Positions 1-13,110 of a stretch of 64,000 nt of DNA are shown piece by piece. This DNA comes from Strigamia acuminata (taxonomy: Eukaryota), in assembly GCA_949358305.1 (NCBI GenBank), contig OX442314.1, positions 28,520,001 through 28,584,000 on the forward strand. The letters run 5' to 3'. Each line of letters opens with the position of its first letter. The stretch's first letter is position 1. The position numbers were made by a program, and so were the translations under genes. The notes beneath the pieces were generated by a model. It searched no databases, was not told the origin of the DNA, and was given only the letters and a program-made list of their open reading frames with translations.

Positions 1-968
1 ATTGATTATATCCAAGTTCTAGAATTTCTACTGTCGCCGGTACTAAAGTAGCAGGTAGAGAGTCAATGTCGCTACAAGACAGTATTACTGTCTTCATCTT
101 ATTGGAAAAATCCTTCTTTGAAAACTGGAATTTTAAAATAAAACGTTAAAAGAAATTTCAACTAAGTGTAGTAAATCCTGTATTTGTTCGATTAATTACA
201 TTTACAACATGCTGTGTTTGTATTCCAAAGGCATTTCCACTGTTACCAGTCAAAATGCCTTTGTAATCCTAACACAGCGTTTGTAAATGTCATTTTAAAC
301 AGTAACTGCATTCAAAAATTAAAATAACAATTTTTTTGATGTCATTTTTGGTTTAAAATTGAAGTAAAACACAAAATATTTTAGTTTTTGAGTGCAGCTA
401 GTGATAAACAATCGAAATAGAAGTATTAAATCGGTAGACTAACTCCTTCTTCTGTAATTGCCATTTTACCTTTTTGCTAGCATATTTCAAATCAGAATCT
501 TTTTCTGTAGACTTTTTTGGTAATTCAATTTTCTTGTTCTCCTATTTAAAAAAAAATACATTTGTAACTGCTTATTTACTAAACATGGTATTGTATTCAC
601 AGGTGCAAGAGATTGAATCTTTTTCGTATACCGGTACTTCTCATTCATTTTGCATTAAATAACTAAGTACTATATTTATAACTGCCGTTTCAAAATCACG
701 GTAACAATAAAATTTATATTTTTCACACTCAGAAGTAAAAAATCCCCATTAGCAAAATCCCTGAACTATATTACACAAGCGAACTTAAAATTAAACGGTC
801 ATTGTCAACCATGATCAATGTTTTATAAGAAAGAAACCAGGGGGAAGCACGACTTACCCAAAAGCTAGAGACAGACCGAATCCCCACTATATTAAAGTTC
901 GCTGCTCCGTAGCTCGCTTGCATGGCTCTACAATTCGGACAACAATGTGCACATGTTTTGGACAGCTG
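1..968 (-). CDS. Partial multi-exon gene, probably a leucine-rich-repeat protein (runs off the left edge)
   Basis: Exon 1-125 (after acceptor ttccag) reads FSKKDFSNKMKTVILSCSDIDSLPATLVPATVEILELGYNQ, an LRR-like LxxLxLxxN pattern. Further splice-bounded segments lie at ~420-541, ~600-650 and ~857-964 (ttttgcag...gg|gtaag). Exon structure not fully resolved. Confidence 0.35.
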
Positions 969-1811
969 CAAAAATTAATGATTTGTTAACTGCTTTGAAT
1001 TCCAGTCAACTCCAGAATTTAAATTAACAATAAAATATTTTATTACACAAAAAAATCTACAAATAATCTACAAAATCAGGAAAAAGGGGTCTTAATTACA
1101 TGTGGATAACTCTTATGCAACAATCAAAATTCATTTTTAATAAAAACTTATACATAGAAATATTTTAGAAAATAAAAGTATTCAACTTTTGATAAATATA
1201 TTAAATTTCTTTAACAAATAATAATAGTGGAATGTTACATTTTGTTTTAAATTGTTACTAGTTTAACTAAACTTGCTACTTTTTTCAAAAAAAAATATTG
1301 AAAACACCCAGCAATCTTCTTGGCCATCACATCAATTCAATCCATTGCTATCAATCCTAAATAAAATAAAAAACATAAATTAGCAACAATTACACTAAAT
1401 AAATAAATGCAGTTAAAGTGAAGGAAAACATGCAATAGTACTACAAAGAATAAATAGAATGGCAGGTGTTGTAAGAAAGCTGAAACCAATGCATTAATGC
1501 AATCAAAACAAACTTTACCCCCAAACAGAACCACATCAAAAGTGCAATTCAAATTTCAAATAAAATAAACAATACCAGTTGAACCCAAAACAGGAAATGA
1601 ATCCTTCTCCACCAATAACCAATTATATTAAGTTTACAACTTATTAGTTCACCCCAAAGACAGAATTCCTATTGGGGATCACGGAGTTATCGATGGAACG
1701 ACTTTAAAAACCCAAACTTACATTTGCACCAAGAAACTGGAAAAACCACAGAAAACCCAGTGCGATAACTCCATCATGCAGGCTCACGTCTCAAACATTC
1801 TCCAATAATAA

Positions 1812-1853
1812 GTCGCCCATCCAAGTACTAACCAAACCCAATGCTGCTTAACT
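1812..1853 (-). pseudogene. 5S rRNA-derived fragment (internal promoter region; SINE3-like or pseudogene remnant)
   Basis: Minus strand AGTTAAGCAGCATTGGGTTTGGTTAGTACTTGGATGGGCGAC matches the conserved 5S rRNA core AGTTAAGC...GGTTAGTACTTGGATGGGTGAC; flanks are degenerate. Confidence 0.65.
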
Positions 1854-2061
1854 CGCGTGTTTTAATGGAAAGGTGCACTCAAAACCGTGCATTCATGCAA
1901 AAATTAATTAACGACAAACAAACCCATGCATTCAGTTAGCCAAAACAAGATGTGGAATTAGTCAAGTTATGCAAAGCCCGAGCGATACGCATTAATTCGT
2001 GCAGATCAAAGTGTTGTTAGTTGCTACGACTACAAACTCGTATATATCTCCTTACATGTTC

Positions 2062-5000
2062 CTAGCGATCTCTATTTACTATAAAAGAATCCATAACCCA
2101 TCCATTTTTCTTGTTCAACTTATTCTGCGACTCTATTCTGGACTCTTCGTTCGACGGCGACGTAAAGAAATCGTCGGCAAACGGATCGGAGTTCCGATGA
2201 AATATCGACTGCTCGACCGGCTTCGCCATGATCCACGCCGTCTCAAAGTCCGTCACATTCCCCCGATTCCTAGTCACCATATTGTCTACTTGCTCCACAT
2301 TCTCATTCACTGTAAACCGTTTATTGTCCACTCCGTTATTCAAGCTATTCGGCGGCGGCAGCGGAATAAACGCCGGCGACGAAACCCCGACGTTCGGGCA
2401 GCGCGGCGAATAGCTACTTCCGTTCGGCGAACTCCAGCACACGCTGGAGCCCTTGCTTCCGTCCGACTGCTGCGACATGGAACTGACCGAAGTCAGCGAG
2501 TTGGATTCCGGCGTGTTCGCGTAGCGCCCGGAAACCGGTCGGGGGGAGCTCCCCAGCCCGGGAACCGGTCCCCGGACGCGGCGGCTCGGGATGGTTATGG
2601 GTAAAGTCCCGCCCGGTCTGTCTCCGCAAGGTCTATCCGCTTTGGCCGGCTGGTTGTCCCTCAAAGACGCCGGCGGATCGAGTTTGAACATCGGCGTCGG
2701 CTTTTTGGGCGGCAACGGCGGCGCGAACCCCGTCGGTGGACGCGGCGGCAGGACCGGCGGCAGCGGCGGCGGCGGGTTGGGCGGCGAAGGAAGATTGAAC
2801 TCGTCGTCGAAGAACAAATTCCTCCCGTTGGTCTTCGACGCGAAGGAGTCGGAAGAGCCGCCATCCGAGTTGGCCAGTGGACTGGAAGTGCCCGAAGACG
2901 ACGGTTCCCTAAAGGGGTCTGGCGAAGGACTGACGGACAGGGGTGGGGAACCTACGGATCGACTCGAAGCCACGGAAAAATTGCTGTCGGACGATGGCGG
3001 CGAGGACGAACGCTGGGAAGAGGCTTGAACCAGGTCGTTGAGGACCTTCTTGGGGGGATTTTTTACCTCGTGGAAGAAATCTTTCTTGTGTATAAAAGGC
3101 CGGTCTTTGCCCAGAGGGTCGAGATCGGAGAAAAAATCCGGATCGGTCTTCGGAATGTCGGTCTGCGGCTGTTCCGTCACGTCCAGGTCCGGGTTGGACT
3201 CTTCCGGAGAGGCGAGGAAAGCGTCGTTGAGGACGCGGTCGAGCATGCTGCTGCTGCGTTCGCGGATGACGGCCAGCGGAGCGTATTTGTCGGACGATTC
3301 GAATGGGTTTGTTATGGGCGAGGGGCGCGTGTTGGTCACCGCAGGTGTCGATTGAGGTCCGTCGAAGTGGGCCGTGAAAGCCGCCGATACCTCTTCGCTC
3401 GCTGGCGATTTGTTGCTGAAAGCAAACTCGGTTGCACTGCTCACGTTTACAGTCAGGAAAGATCCTCCCTAGGAAACAAATAAAATAAAATAAAAAACAG
3501 TTTTTTCCATTCAATTTCACTCTAAATACTCTAATAGAATGCGGGTGTTCTAATTACAAAATCCAAAAATCGAAAACATTAAAAGTTACCAAAATAATTT
3601 TATTATTTCAATTTTTTTTTCAAAAAACATTGAAAAATTACATAAAAAAAATTTCCATAGATTTAATTATGACCCGAGAAGTGCACAATGCTTAAGTAAA
3701 GTTGAATAACTGGGTGGCTTAGGTGGTCCAACCCAGTTATAGCAAATCCGCCTTAACGTAAAATCCGTTTTCACAACATTTGGCGATTCGCTACAACGGC
3801 GTTGGACTGCACCTGTAAAGCGTGAACGAGCTTCGTTTAGTACCGCAATTAAAACCATTGCATAATGCACCACTTATATTTAATTGAGGGTATTCAATCA
3901 TTCCCAATGACCTCCTTTACTATTAAATATTGCAACTGTTCCAGATACAAAAAATAGCATCAAAATTGAATACCCCGCACTCATTTATGCGTACTATGAC
4001 TAATTACCGTGTTACTGCTCATGGATGAAGATATGCTGCTGATAAAAGTCAAAGGATCCGTGAAAAATGGATCATTGCTGGCGGGGTTTGCAAAGAAATC
4101 ATCCTCGCCCGTGACGGATCTTCGCGGTTCCTTCAAAACAAAGTATTTGCTTAGTGTAATTGTAATTTTGCAATTTTTGAATAAACTTACGTTGACTACT
4201 AGAGTGGTCTCTGCATCAAGATCCAGCAGGTTGGGTCCGTTGTCGGGGGCATCTTCAATGATATAAATTGTCTGCAATTTAATTCACTGTCAGTTAATGT
4301 GCAATTTTTTAAGCGTTTCAATAAACTTTACTTGTTCATTTTCAGTGCTGCTAGAGCTTCCTCGATTTACTTCGCGCTCAACCGACTCTTCGCTAACATC
4401 GGACGTCTTGCATTCGGATTCTGAACCGTTCGCTGGAGCATTGCAGGAAAGGTTTTCCTCTATTTCTCGCTTGCGGAGATTGAAAACCACTTGAAACAGA
4501 TCTCGCATGGCCACAACCACTTGTTGTGCCTAGAAATAATCGAAAACATATAGAAGTGAGACAAAATTGAATTCGAAAGCAACAGATATGCAATATTTAC
4601 TCGTAAAACCCCAAAACTAAACTATAAATAGACAAAGCAAATTTTTTTTTATATTTCATATGCGTAGTATCACTTTTGATGTTTTTATTAAAACATTAAA
4701 TTAAATTAAACTAAATTAAATTAAACTGAAGGGAAGTTTTCTTTGTCCACGACTGTACATACTTTCTGTAGTCTTTACCATTTACATAAACACCCAAAAC
4801 AACAAAAACAGAAACTTTCAATGCGCCTATTGTAGCATTAATACCTTGCCACTCATATAAATTTACATAATTCCGGGTAAACGCACACGTTTCACTTTTA
4901 ATTGAAGCTTTGTCACATCATTCAGCCCACCAAGGATGGCTGATCAAACAAACCTTGAATCAGAAGCTGAATCACTTGATAAAGCAAGCAGAACCTCATC

Positions 5001-8000
5001 CGGCGAACAAAATCCGCCGAAGCAATTACATAACGAGCGAAACTGTTTCCACCCAATATATATTTACCGCTTTCTCGGTCTTAACGGCGAAGAAGCTGTG
5101 TCCAAGTGCAGGGCTGCCAAATACATATCCAAAAGCACGGTTGTCCGAGATATCTTGAGCTATAAACGATATCTTGTGGACCGGATGGTGGTGCAATACA
5201 TTCTGCAAACAAAACATAAAAATACTTTTATTCACACACATTAAATTGCAATTGAATAGTCACAGCTGGAACAAATAAACTATTGGGATCTATGGCCTTT
5301 TTTAACTACCAATAAGTCCTCAAAACCCAGATATAAACCAGATGTTGCTGAATGATACCCTTGACATCAAGGAAACAACAGGATTTGATGTTTTTCTTTC
5401 CCCCTTTTTTTTCTTTCTTTCTTCTTCACACTTTTTGCTTCTCTGTCCTCATTTGAGATGACTAATTTAAATATAGTTTCAACCTTGAAATTACAACACA
5501 GCTGACCTCAAAACTATCAAAACCATAATCTAAGCAGAATGTAAACAATAATAAACATTAAAAAACACAATTCAACTGATGATAGCATTGAAAACTCATG
5601 TTTAATTCCCAGAATGTAACTATTCAAGGTCATAAACCCGAACAATCTGCACAAGGACAGTGCAAAAATTTACCATTTCATGGCTGCGACTTAGAAAATA
5701 TTTAAAGTAAACTTTAAAAAAAAAAAAAAAAAAACATTCATCAAAAATAAACATATCTAATTGGCTGTTGCATCTTTTTTCCGCCAAACATTCCATTTAT
5801 GCATGATTGAAGCAACAGTTGCATCCGAAAAGTAATTTAAAACAAACAAACATTTTTAAACTGTTTGTTCATGCAGCAAATTTCAGGTTGAACATTTAAG
5901 TTGGTCATTTAATTAACGTTTCTTTGATCTAACAATAATTTTAAACTACGAAAGACGTTCAACTAAACTTTAAAACAGCGTTTATTGCAACTATCCGTCA
6001 ACGTCCGTACTTACCGCCTCATTTAAACACCAGGATTCATTAAGACGCCGGGCCCGTTTTAGCGCAGGGCGTTTAAACGAGGCGGCACGATAATAAACAC
6101 ATTTAAAACACGTCAAACCATTTGCGATGAAAAATTATTTACCAATCCTTTCTCATCTTTGATTTTAATCCCGTCTACCGATACATTGAAGACAATCTTC
6201 TGCTTATGAGTATTTGATGCCTTCACGTTTGCCTAAAAAAAAATACAAGAAAAACTCTTATTAAATGACAATATTAACAACTAATGAAGCTAAATCAACT
6301 TGATATCAAGTGATAACATGATTGGATATTTTTTTATTATTATTATCAACTTGTGCAAGTTATTCAACCATAAGTCGTGTATTGGATTACCTTCAGTTCC
6401 AATAGAGCTTCTTGGGCGAGGCGATCACCTCGAGCCTGGCCAACCTCTTTGATCCCAATTAATTTTGCCTTGAAATTCACACCATCTCCAAAAAACCGAT
6501 TGGGATCTTGTTTATCAGCAACTGCACACATGACACAAGAAATTAAAGTGAGTTTTATGCTTCAATATCATTAAACTCAGTTTCCACTAATTCATTTACA
6601 TATCAAGGGGAAAACAAGTTTCAATTTGTTCAACCTTGACTTTACAATATAAAAAAATAGATATCAATTTGGATAGGAGCAGGTGCCAGAATGGTTGACA
6701 AATCAGATGCCAGCATTTTTTTTTTTTTTTTTTTTAAATACATTAACTGCAATACAAAATGGCTATTTTGCAAAGGTAGTAAAGAAATTAGCTCATTGAA
6801 TTAAATAATTGAAAAGATAAACATTTGTGGTAATAAATATTACATCAAACGGAATAATGATGGGGCTAATTCGAAGTAAATACAAAAGGGTGTGTACAGA
6901 TGAAATCTGTTTTCCATTGCATCATTAGATGAATGTTTAAACAGTGCTGGGCTGGTTTCATGCTTTATTTAGTTAGAAGGTCAAATGTATGTTGAAATCA
7001 CAAAGAATTTAAAAAATAAACTTTACATGTTTTTTTGTATATTATTATTATTATTATTATATAAATAAATTTACACTTTTCAAGCTGAATATCGATCCCA
7101 TGCACAAAATGTGCATATTTCAGATTACATTTTAATTGTAATGGCAAAATGGAAACAACATCAAAGTGTTTTAATCATCTAACAGATTAATCCCACTGCA
7201 TTCCAATCTACCTGAATTTATCTTAAACTCTGCACCTGGTATCGGCAGGGCTGCCATAACCATGAGTGCAAGTTGTACACCGCACAAGAGCGCCACACAA
7301 GTGCAGGGCGGGGGGGGGAGGGGGGAGGACAAGCGCCATAAAAGTTTTTGCACAAAAGCGCCTTAGTCAGCAGCGGCCCGGGTATTGGTATCTTTAATGC
7401 CAAATCCAAACCCTAAATTTTATTTTTTCCCCACGAAACCACGAAAGTGTAAAATTGTTTACAGCGCACGAGTGAATAGTGCTATTTATCCGTTATTATT
7501 TCTAAAAATCATGCATTAGCTACGCTCCAGTGCACAAACAGCAATTTTTAAGTTTTAACAATTTTTACCATAATTGTGGATAGGAGTGTGGACTCAAGTT
7601 GCCTGACAAACTCTACTGGTTAACCTAGTGCAATCATCCCAACAGTGGACATAATGCTTACGTAATTGGGATGCATGAGACTCAAAAACTACGCTATAAT
7701 AAACCAGGCCCAAAAACAAACGCATTCACAGTTAGGCAAGTTTTTGCCTTCTGTTTTTCTTGTTTATAAAAAACACCAACCCCCACAAAAACTTTGAATG
7801 CCCTTATGGTTTTTCTACCAAAGGACTTTTAAAAGAACTGATGAGTAGTCTTATCGTCAGTGCACTGTGCGATTTTCCGTGCGCTTCATCATTCATTGTT
7901 TTGAATGCCAGTCAGAAGACTTTGGACGCATTAATGCACCTAAAGATGGAAACACAAGGGAGCGGGTAAAATTTAAAAGCTTGCTTTTACTTGAAAAAGC

Positions 8001-8597
8001 GGCTAAAAACTCGCCCACTATAACAAACACAAGCTTGCGTTTTTATTCAAAGCTTTGTTTTGAAGCGAGCTTGTACTCACCCGCTCCGATCAAACTGCGT
8101 TTGATTTACCAGCTTCAAGCTTGCTGGTGTTCTGGTCATGTGACTTTGACAGCCAATCAGAATAGTGAGGAAATTCTTGAAAGAGATTTTGGCGGGAATT
8201 TCTACCTAGTTACCTACCTAGCTCGAGTTTGCCAGTTAACCTGGTAAGCAAAAAGCGGATGAAGTGAGCTCGTAAATGACTCCCTCTTTAAACTTGTACC
8301 AGCAAGCTTTGAAATTTTACCCGCTTCCTCGTGTTTCCACCTTTAGTCTCGGTGCCCCGTGCTGTTGCACCGCTCGATTGTGCTTTCAGCCGCCCCTGGT
8401 TGTCGTTAATTTCCAAACGCAGGCTTTGTGTTAGTGGACAATAAAAACAATCAATGTTCCAGTTTTGTAATAAATTAAATGCTATAAATAAGTCATTCAA
8501 TCAGTTGATTACATTACACTGCACTCACCCAAATCAGGCGATGGAGGCGGATTCGAAAACTGCTTGGGAGGATTCGGATTTAAAGGACTAGGCACAA
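2062..8597 (-). CDS. Dab: Disabled (Dab1/Dab2-like) PTB-domain endocytic adaptor; 5' end unresolved (upstream exons possibly to ~14.3 kb)
   Basis: Exons ~8529-8597, 6391-6522 ([36 protein letters not shown]), 6143-6232, 5068-5202 ([26 protein letters not shown]), ~4332-4529 ([13 protein letters not shown]), 4191-4271 (LLDLD clathrin-box-like), ~4008-4130 and 2062-3468 (NPF/DPF motifs, proline-rich). Confidence 0.92.
7246..7380. mobile_element. Short hAT-type MITE
   Basis: CAGGGCTGCC...GCGGCCCG ends, flanked by near-identical 8-mers GGTATCGG/GGTATTGG. Confidence 0.5.
7941..8345. mobile_element. MITE with ~43 bp TIRs (PIF/Harbinger-like)
   Basis: TAAAGATGGAAACACAAGGGAGCGGGTAAAATTTAAAAGCTTGCT versus its reverse complement AGCAAGCTTTGAAATTTTACCCGCTTCCTCGTGTTTCCACCTTTA; TAA/TTA ends. 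Confidence 0.75.
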
Positions 8598-9289
8598 CTA
8601 AGGAGTGAAGAAGCAACTTTGGCACTAATCAAGCAAAAAAAGACAAAAAAAAATATGGATGACAGGTTAATTTAAGCACAAAAGGATTTTACTTTTTGTT
8701 GAATTTAAATAAAAACATGAATCATTTTTACTTACAACATCAGCAGCCAAAAACAAACATTTGTTAAATATTATTCCCACTTAAGGACAAGTTACAGAAA
8801 CTCTCACAAGTTGTTAATCCACACAACAAAAGAGATGCGTAATTTTATTGTTGTGGTCAAACTTTGAACCATTGTGAGCTTAACCAGGTCAATCCCACAG
8901 AAAGATTTTAAAATTATGTACAAATCGGGTCCACTGAACCCCAATCTGATGCTTCTTAATAATCCACTTAACCACACATGCATGCCCTCTATTTCAACTG
9001 AATTTGGTTAGTGTCTCATATGACCTTCCATTGGTTAATTACACTTGTACACAATCTCACATTTGCATTTCAAGGTGTTCTGGTTCTACAAACATAAAAA
9101 AGAAAAAAAAAGAAAAAAAAAAAAAAAAAAAACCTCTTTATAAAGTTTCAAAATTATATAATCAATTCATTACAAAATAAATTTAAAGTTGAAATAACAA
9201 CAATTTAAATGTAAAAATGCAAACGGTTTTGGTAAATTTCAAACCAAATTCTCCATTTTTTGGATAAATTTTGAAAAAATTCTCCATTT

Positions 9290-9545
9290 TTTTGATCAAT
9301 TTCGACCAAATTCTCAACTTTTTCTCAAATTTTGACAAATTTTTCTCAAATTTGAGAAAAATTTGTCAAAATTTGTCAAAATTTGAGAAAAATTTCTCAA
9401 AATTTGTCAAAAGATGAGAAAAATTTGTCAAAATATGAGAAAAATTTGTCAAAATATGAGAAAAATTTGTCAAAATATGAGAAAAATTTGTCAAAATATG
9501 AGAAAAATTTGTCAAAATATGAGAAAAATTTGTCAAAATATGGTT
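9290..9545. repeat. 21-bp minisatellite (GAGAAAAATTTGTCAAAATAT)n
   Basis: About 6-7 near-perfect units from ~9380 to 9541, with degenerate inverted units to the left. Confidence 0.9.
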
Positions 9546-11735
9546 AAAAAATATACTTTGCAATATACTGCGTTTCACTTAACGCATTCCAAAATGTATA
9601 TCATTTCGCAGAATTAAATGTATTACAGTCGAAACTCTTTATAACGAATCGCAAGGGACCAGAATAATCGATCCAAAGAATTTTTGTTCAATATGGGAGG
9701 AATGTCCCCATACGTCCTATCTTCTGTACCACTCATCTAACCGGTAAATGTTCCCGGCATTCTTTAAAACTCGATTTCTATTTGTATTTTTGATACCTAG
9801 CATAGTCACGACCCTTTAGAACTGCCGGGGCCCAGACCCCAATCAACCTTTGTCGAAATAGAACATCATACGCTCTCTTTATGGGACCCATTTCTAGGAC
9901 ACGACCTATGTCCGGACCACACAGCTTACACTGTATTCTAGTCTTATCGATCAATCACCTTTTCTGGCATTGCGAAACTTCTTAAACTCTCTCCACTTGC
10001 CACTGGGAAGATCCCGCTTGCTTTCCTCGCTACCGGTTGAATTCGTCTCCTCCATTTCTTCTTTTTCGATACTCTCCTCCATTATTTTCTACTGGCAATT
10101 AATCTCTAACTTGAAACCACTTTCAAAACTGTAAACAAAAGATAATTTGGTATAATTAATAATCTTTTAAAAACAACAACAAAAAATTTCACAATCTGAT
10201 ACCCAAAACAAAGTGAACATTTATAAAAATTTATTATTAATCTTTTTGATTTTTTTTTCCTGACAACACAATGTGCAGCTAAGATAAACTTCATGGAAAT
10301 TGGTCCATAAAAAAAAGATAATTTCCTTTTTCACAAGGTCACAACACTAATATACATCTTAAAACATTTACACTCTGGTTAATGACCCAAATTAGAAAAT
10401 ATATACACAAGAGTTCACTTACCATCTCTGAAAAATTCAAATTTCCAGCTATGCTTGAATAGACCTAACTTTCACCCTTTCCCAAGTGTTTATGTATATA
10501 CATTCAACACTATAAAAACATGATCTTTGGTTTATTGCTCCAATTCCTTGCAGAAAATCTCAAATTTTACTTATTTTAAAACACAATAAACATCCCTATT
10601 GCATTTTTTATTCAGAATTAAAAGGTCAAATGAGTAGGAAGACTTCCTTAGGTCTGATTGTGTTATGGGGTCAAATAAAAACTTAAGGTCACAATTAAAC
10701 ACTAAAAGCTTCAAATGTTTACAAATTTAACATTGGTTAAGTTGACCCAAGACATGCATTCACCTCTGCAGTAAACATGTGATGAGTTTGGCTGAGGTCC
10801 AACATGATTCATTAATGATACAATTCATACTGTGACTGAAAGAAGTGTCACATTTCTAGCTAAAGTCATTCATTTGAGACAAATTGAACCCAGCAATTGT
10901 TTTTCTTCTGGAGTGAAACAATCCCAGGTCATCCAGGAGCCTCCAACACAATACAATTAACCATTAATAAGCCAAAAATAAACCAGCATTAAAAAAATAA
11001 ACAATTTTTTTTCTCCTATCAACCCTAAGATTCAATTTATTTTCGGTAAATTACTTGTAAAAACCAGTTGGTTATCACCAATTTATTTTTATCACTTGAT
11101 AGCATTGTTTCATAACACCATGCTGGGTCAAACATGATCTAAAAACATGTTTATTCCACTTAATTTCACCATGTGCTGTGAAAAACAACTCCCAAGCTGC
11201 ATTTGCATCAATAAAATAACAAGAAAGTGATAAAGAACAGCAGGAAATTGCCCAACTTTACAACATCCATCACTAAAAATCAAACTGTCATTTATAGCAA
11301 ATAACACAGTAGTTAGCAATGCAAATACTGCTGAACAATAGTCAATTTAGTAATGGTGTTCCCCATAAAGGGAAATATTAGTTGAGGATATGCTTTTATT
11401 TGATACATTCAAACGTTATGCTTGCTGGGCCGGATGTAAGTATTGCCTGGCCTTAACCTACCACACAACATATATGGGCCCTTACATATAATGTTCTAGG
11501 CACACGCCTAATCTGCCTTATGGGTAATCCGCCATTGACCAAAAGCCAAAGAATCATACCGCATTACCTCGCTTTCGAGGGAATGCCCTAAAATCATGAA
11601 TCCGACCACGGTGCCGGATAATCCCAATTATCTGGCAGTGCCGGATAAAACAAGCCCCAATTTTCCAGCCAATCGGATTCCCAGATCTAGTCTAACTCTC
11701 ATTTTAGGGCATGCCCTCCAAAGAGGGGCAATTCG

Positions 11736-12023
11736 CAGTGCTGGACTGGCCTGGCGAGCTATCGGGTATTTCCCGGTGGCCTGTGGCCCGTGGTGGGCCC
11801 ACCGTACAGGGCCGTCTTTACACTTTTCAGCGCCCTGGGCTAATAAAACTCAGGTGCCCCTTGCCCAGCACTTTTCTGTGCCCATTGAGCCCCTGTGCCC
11901 GGCGCCCCTGGGCTGCAGCCCAAGTTAGCCCAATGGTAAAGGTGGGCCTGCCACCGTAGCCTGTCTTTGTGGCCCGACCCATCCAGATTTCCCGGTACTA
12001 AATTTGTACACAATCCAGCCCTG
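11736..12023. mobile_element. hAT-type MITE (same family as 23290-23444) with a nested MITE
   Basis: TIRs CAGTGCTGGA.../...TCCAGCCCTG; 8-bp TSD GCAATTCG/GCAATACG. Confidence 0.8.
11807..11950. mobile_element. Nested hAT-type MITE
   Basis: CAGGGCC...GGGCCTG ends with a perfect 8-bp TSD CCACCGTA (11799-11806 and 11951-11958). Confidence 0.8.
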
Positions 12024-12867
12024 GCAATACGGTAAAATAACTTCATATCTGGACAAAGATGCTTAATATACATTGCAGAGAATGGCTAATGGATGTTAAA
12101 CACGTGCTTTTGTTATTTTGGGGATGTTAAACTCACTTACCCTTTCGGTTTGGTTGGGAATGTCCAGTTTGTGTTTGTTAGTTGTGGTTCAAATGCACTT
12201 GTTTAAATGGCTACTTTGAAAATATTGCGCTGGTTTTATCTCAGTTTGGTTTTTTTTTTTTTTTTTTTTTAAATATTTTTCTTGAAAATCCAATCAGTTC
12301 TAGTTTGGACATACTTCCGGTCAAGGAACCAGACGTAACAAGGTTCAATGGGATTTTTCATCAGAAAAAGTTTGAGTCAAAGATCAGGAAACATCAAACG
12401 ATTTCAGCACGTTCAGGCGCCACGAGTGACGAAATTAGTCAAAAATCAACTCGTGTCATCCGCCACTTTATCAATTATTTCTCAATTCAAGGAAAAATAA
12501 ACCGTAATTCGATACTTCAATTCAATTCGAGTCAACAAAGATAAATTTCTTATACAAAATTCGAGTTAGTAGTGGAAAATAAAAAATAAAAAATTGATTT
12601 TTTTTTTCTTCGTAATTTAACTTATTGAGGTTAAATTTTAAACTATAGCGCTAAATAAACGGTGTTTTGACTCCACTGTTCCAATGATATCGATTGAGCC
12701 ATACGTCATACGTGAAATGTATTGAAGTCAAAAAGCGAAGAAAATCGATTGTTAATTGCCGATGATAAACAAACATGGCGGAATGTTAGCCTTTAACCTT
12801 GTCCAAGTTACCATAATTATTTTTCCAACTAATCACGATGCACTTTGTAACAAGCATTTTCATTGGG

Positions 12868-13110
12868 CGATTTGAATTTCGATAACCAAATTTGGTAAAA
12901 CAACGGAAATCCGAATTTGGGATTTGGAAAAACCGAAATCCGTATTTGGGAAAACCCGAAATCCGTATTTGGGAAAACCCGAAATCAAAATTTGGTCCAA
13001 CCGAATTCAAAATTTGGTCCATCCAAACTCAAAATTTGGTCCAACCGAATTCAAAATTATTAAATTGTTAAAACCCAAAATTGATAAAACCGAAATCCGA
13101 ATTTGATAAA
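12868..13110. repeat. Degenerate tandem repeats (CCGAAATCCG/AAAATTTGGTCC units)
   Basis: Recurrent ~22-bp units visible directly in the sequence. Confidence 0.7.

Noticed and set aside
1999..3520. Several overlapping ORFs of 100-200 aa on both strands
   Set aside because: Shadow frames of the GC-rich last exon of Dab.
10415..10435. 5-nt microexon TTTTCAG|AGATG|GTAAGT in Dab
   Set aside because: Good splice motifs, but I could not join it in frame to both an upstream start and the 8597 exon.
10778..10842. Box C/D snoRNA (GTGATGA...CTGA)
   Set aside because: Antisense to the host Dab intron, with no terminal stem or recognisable guide sequence.
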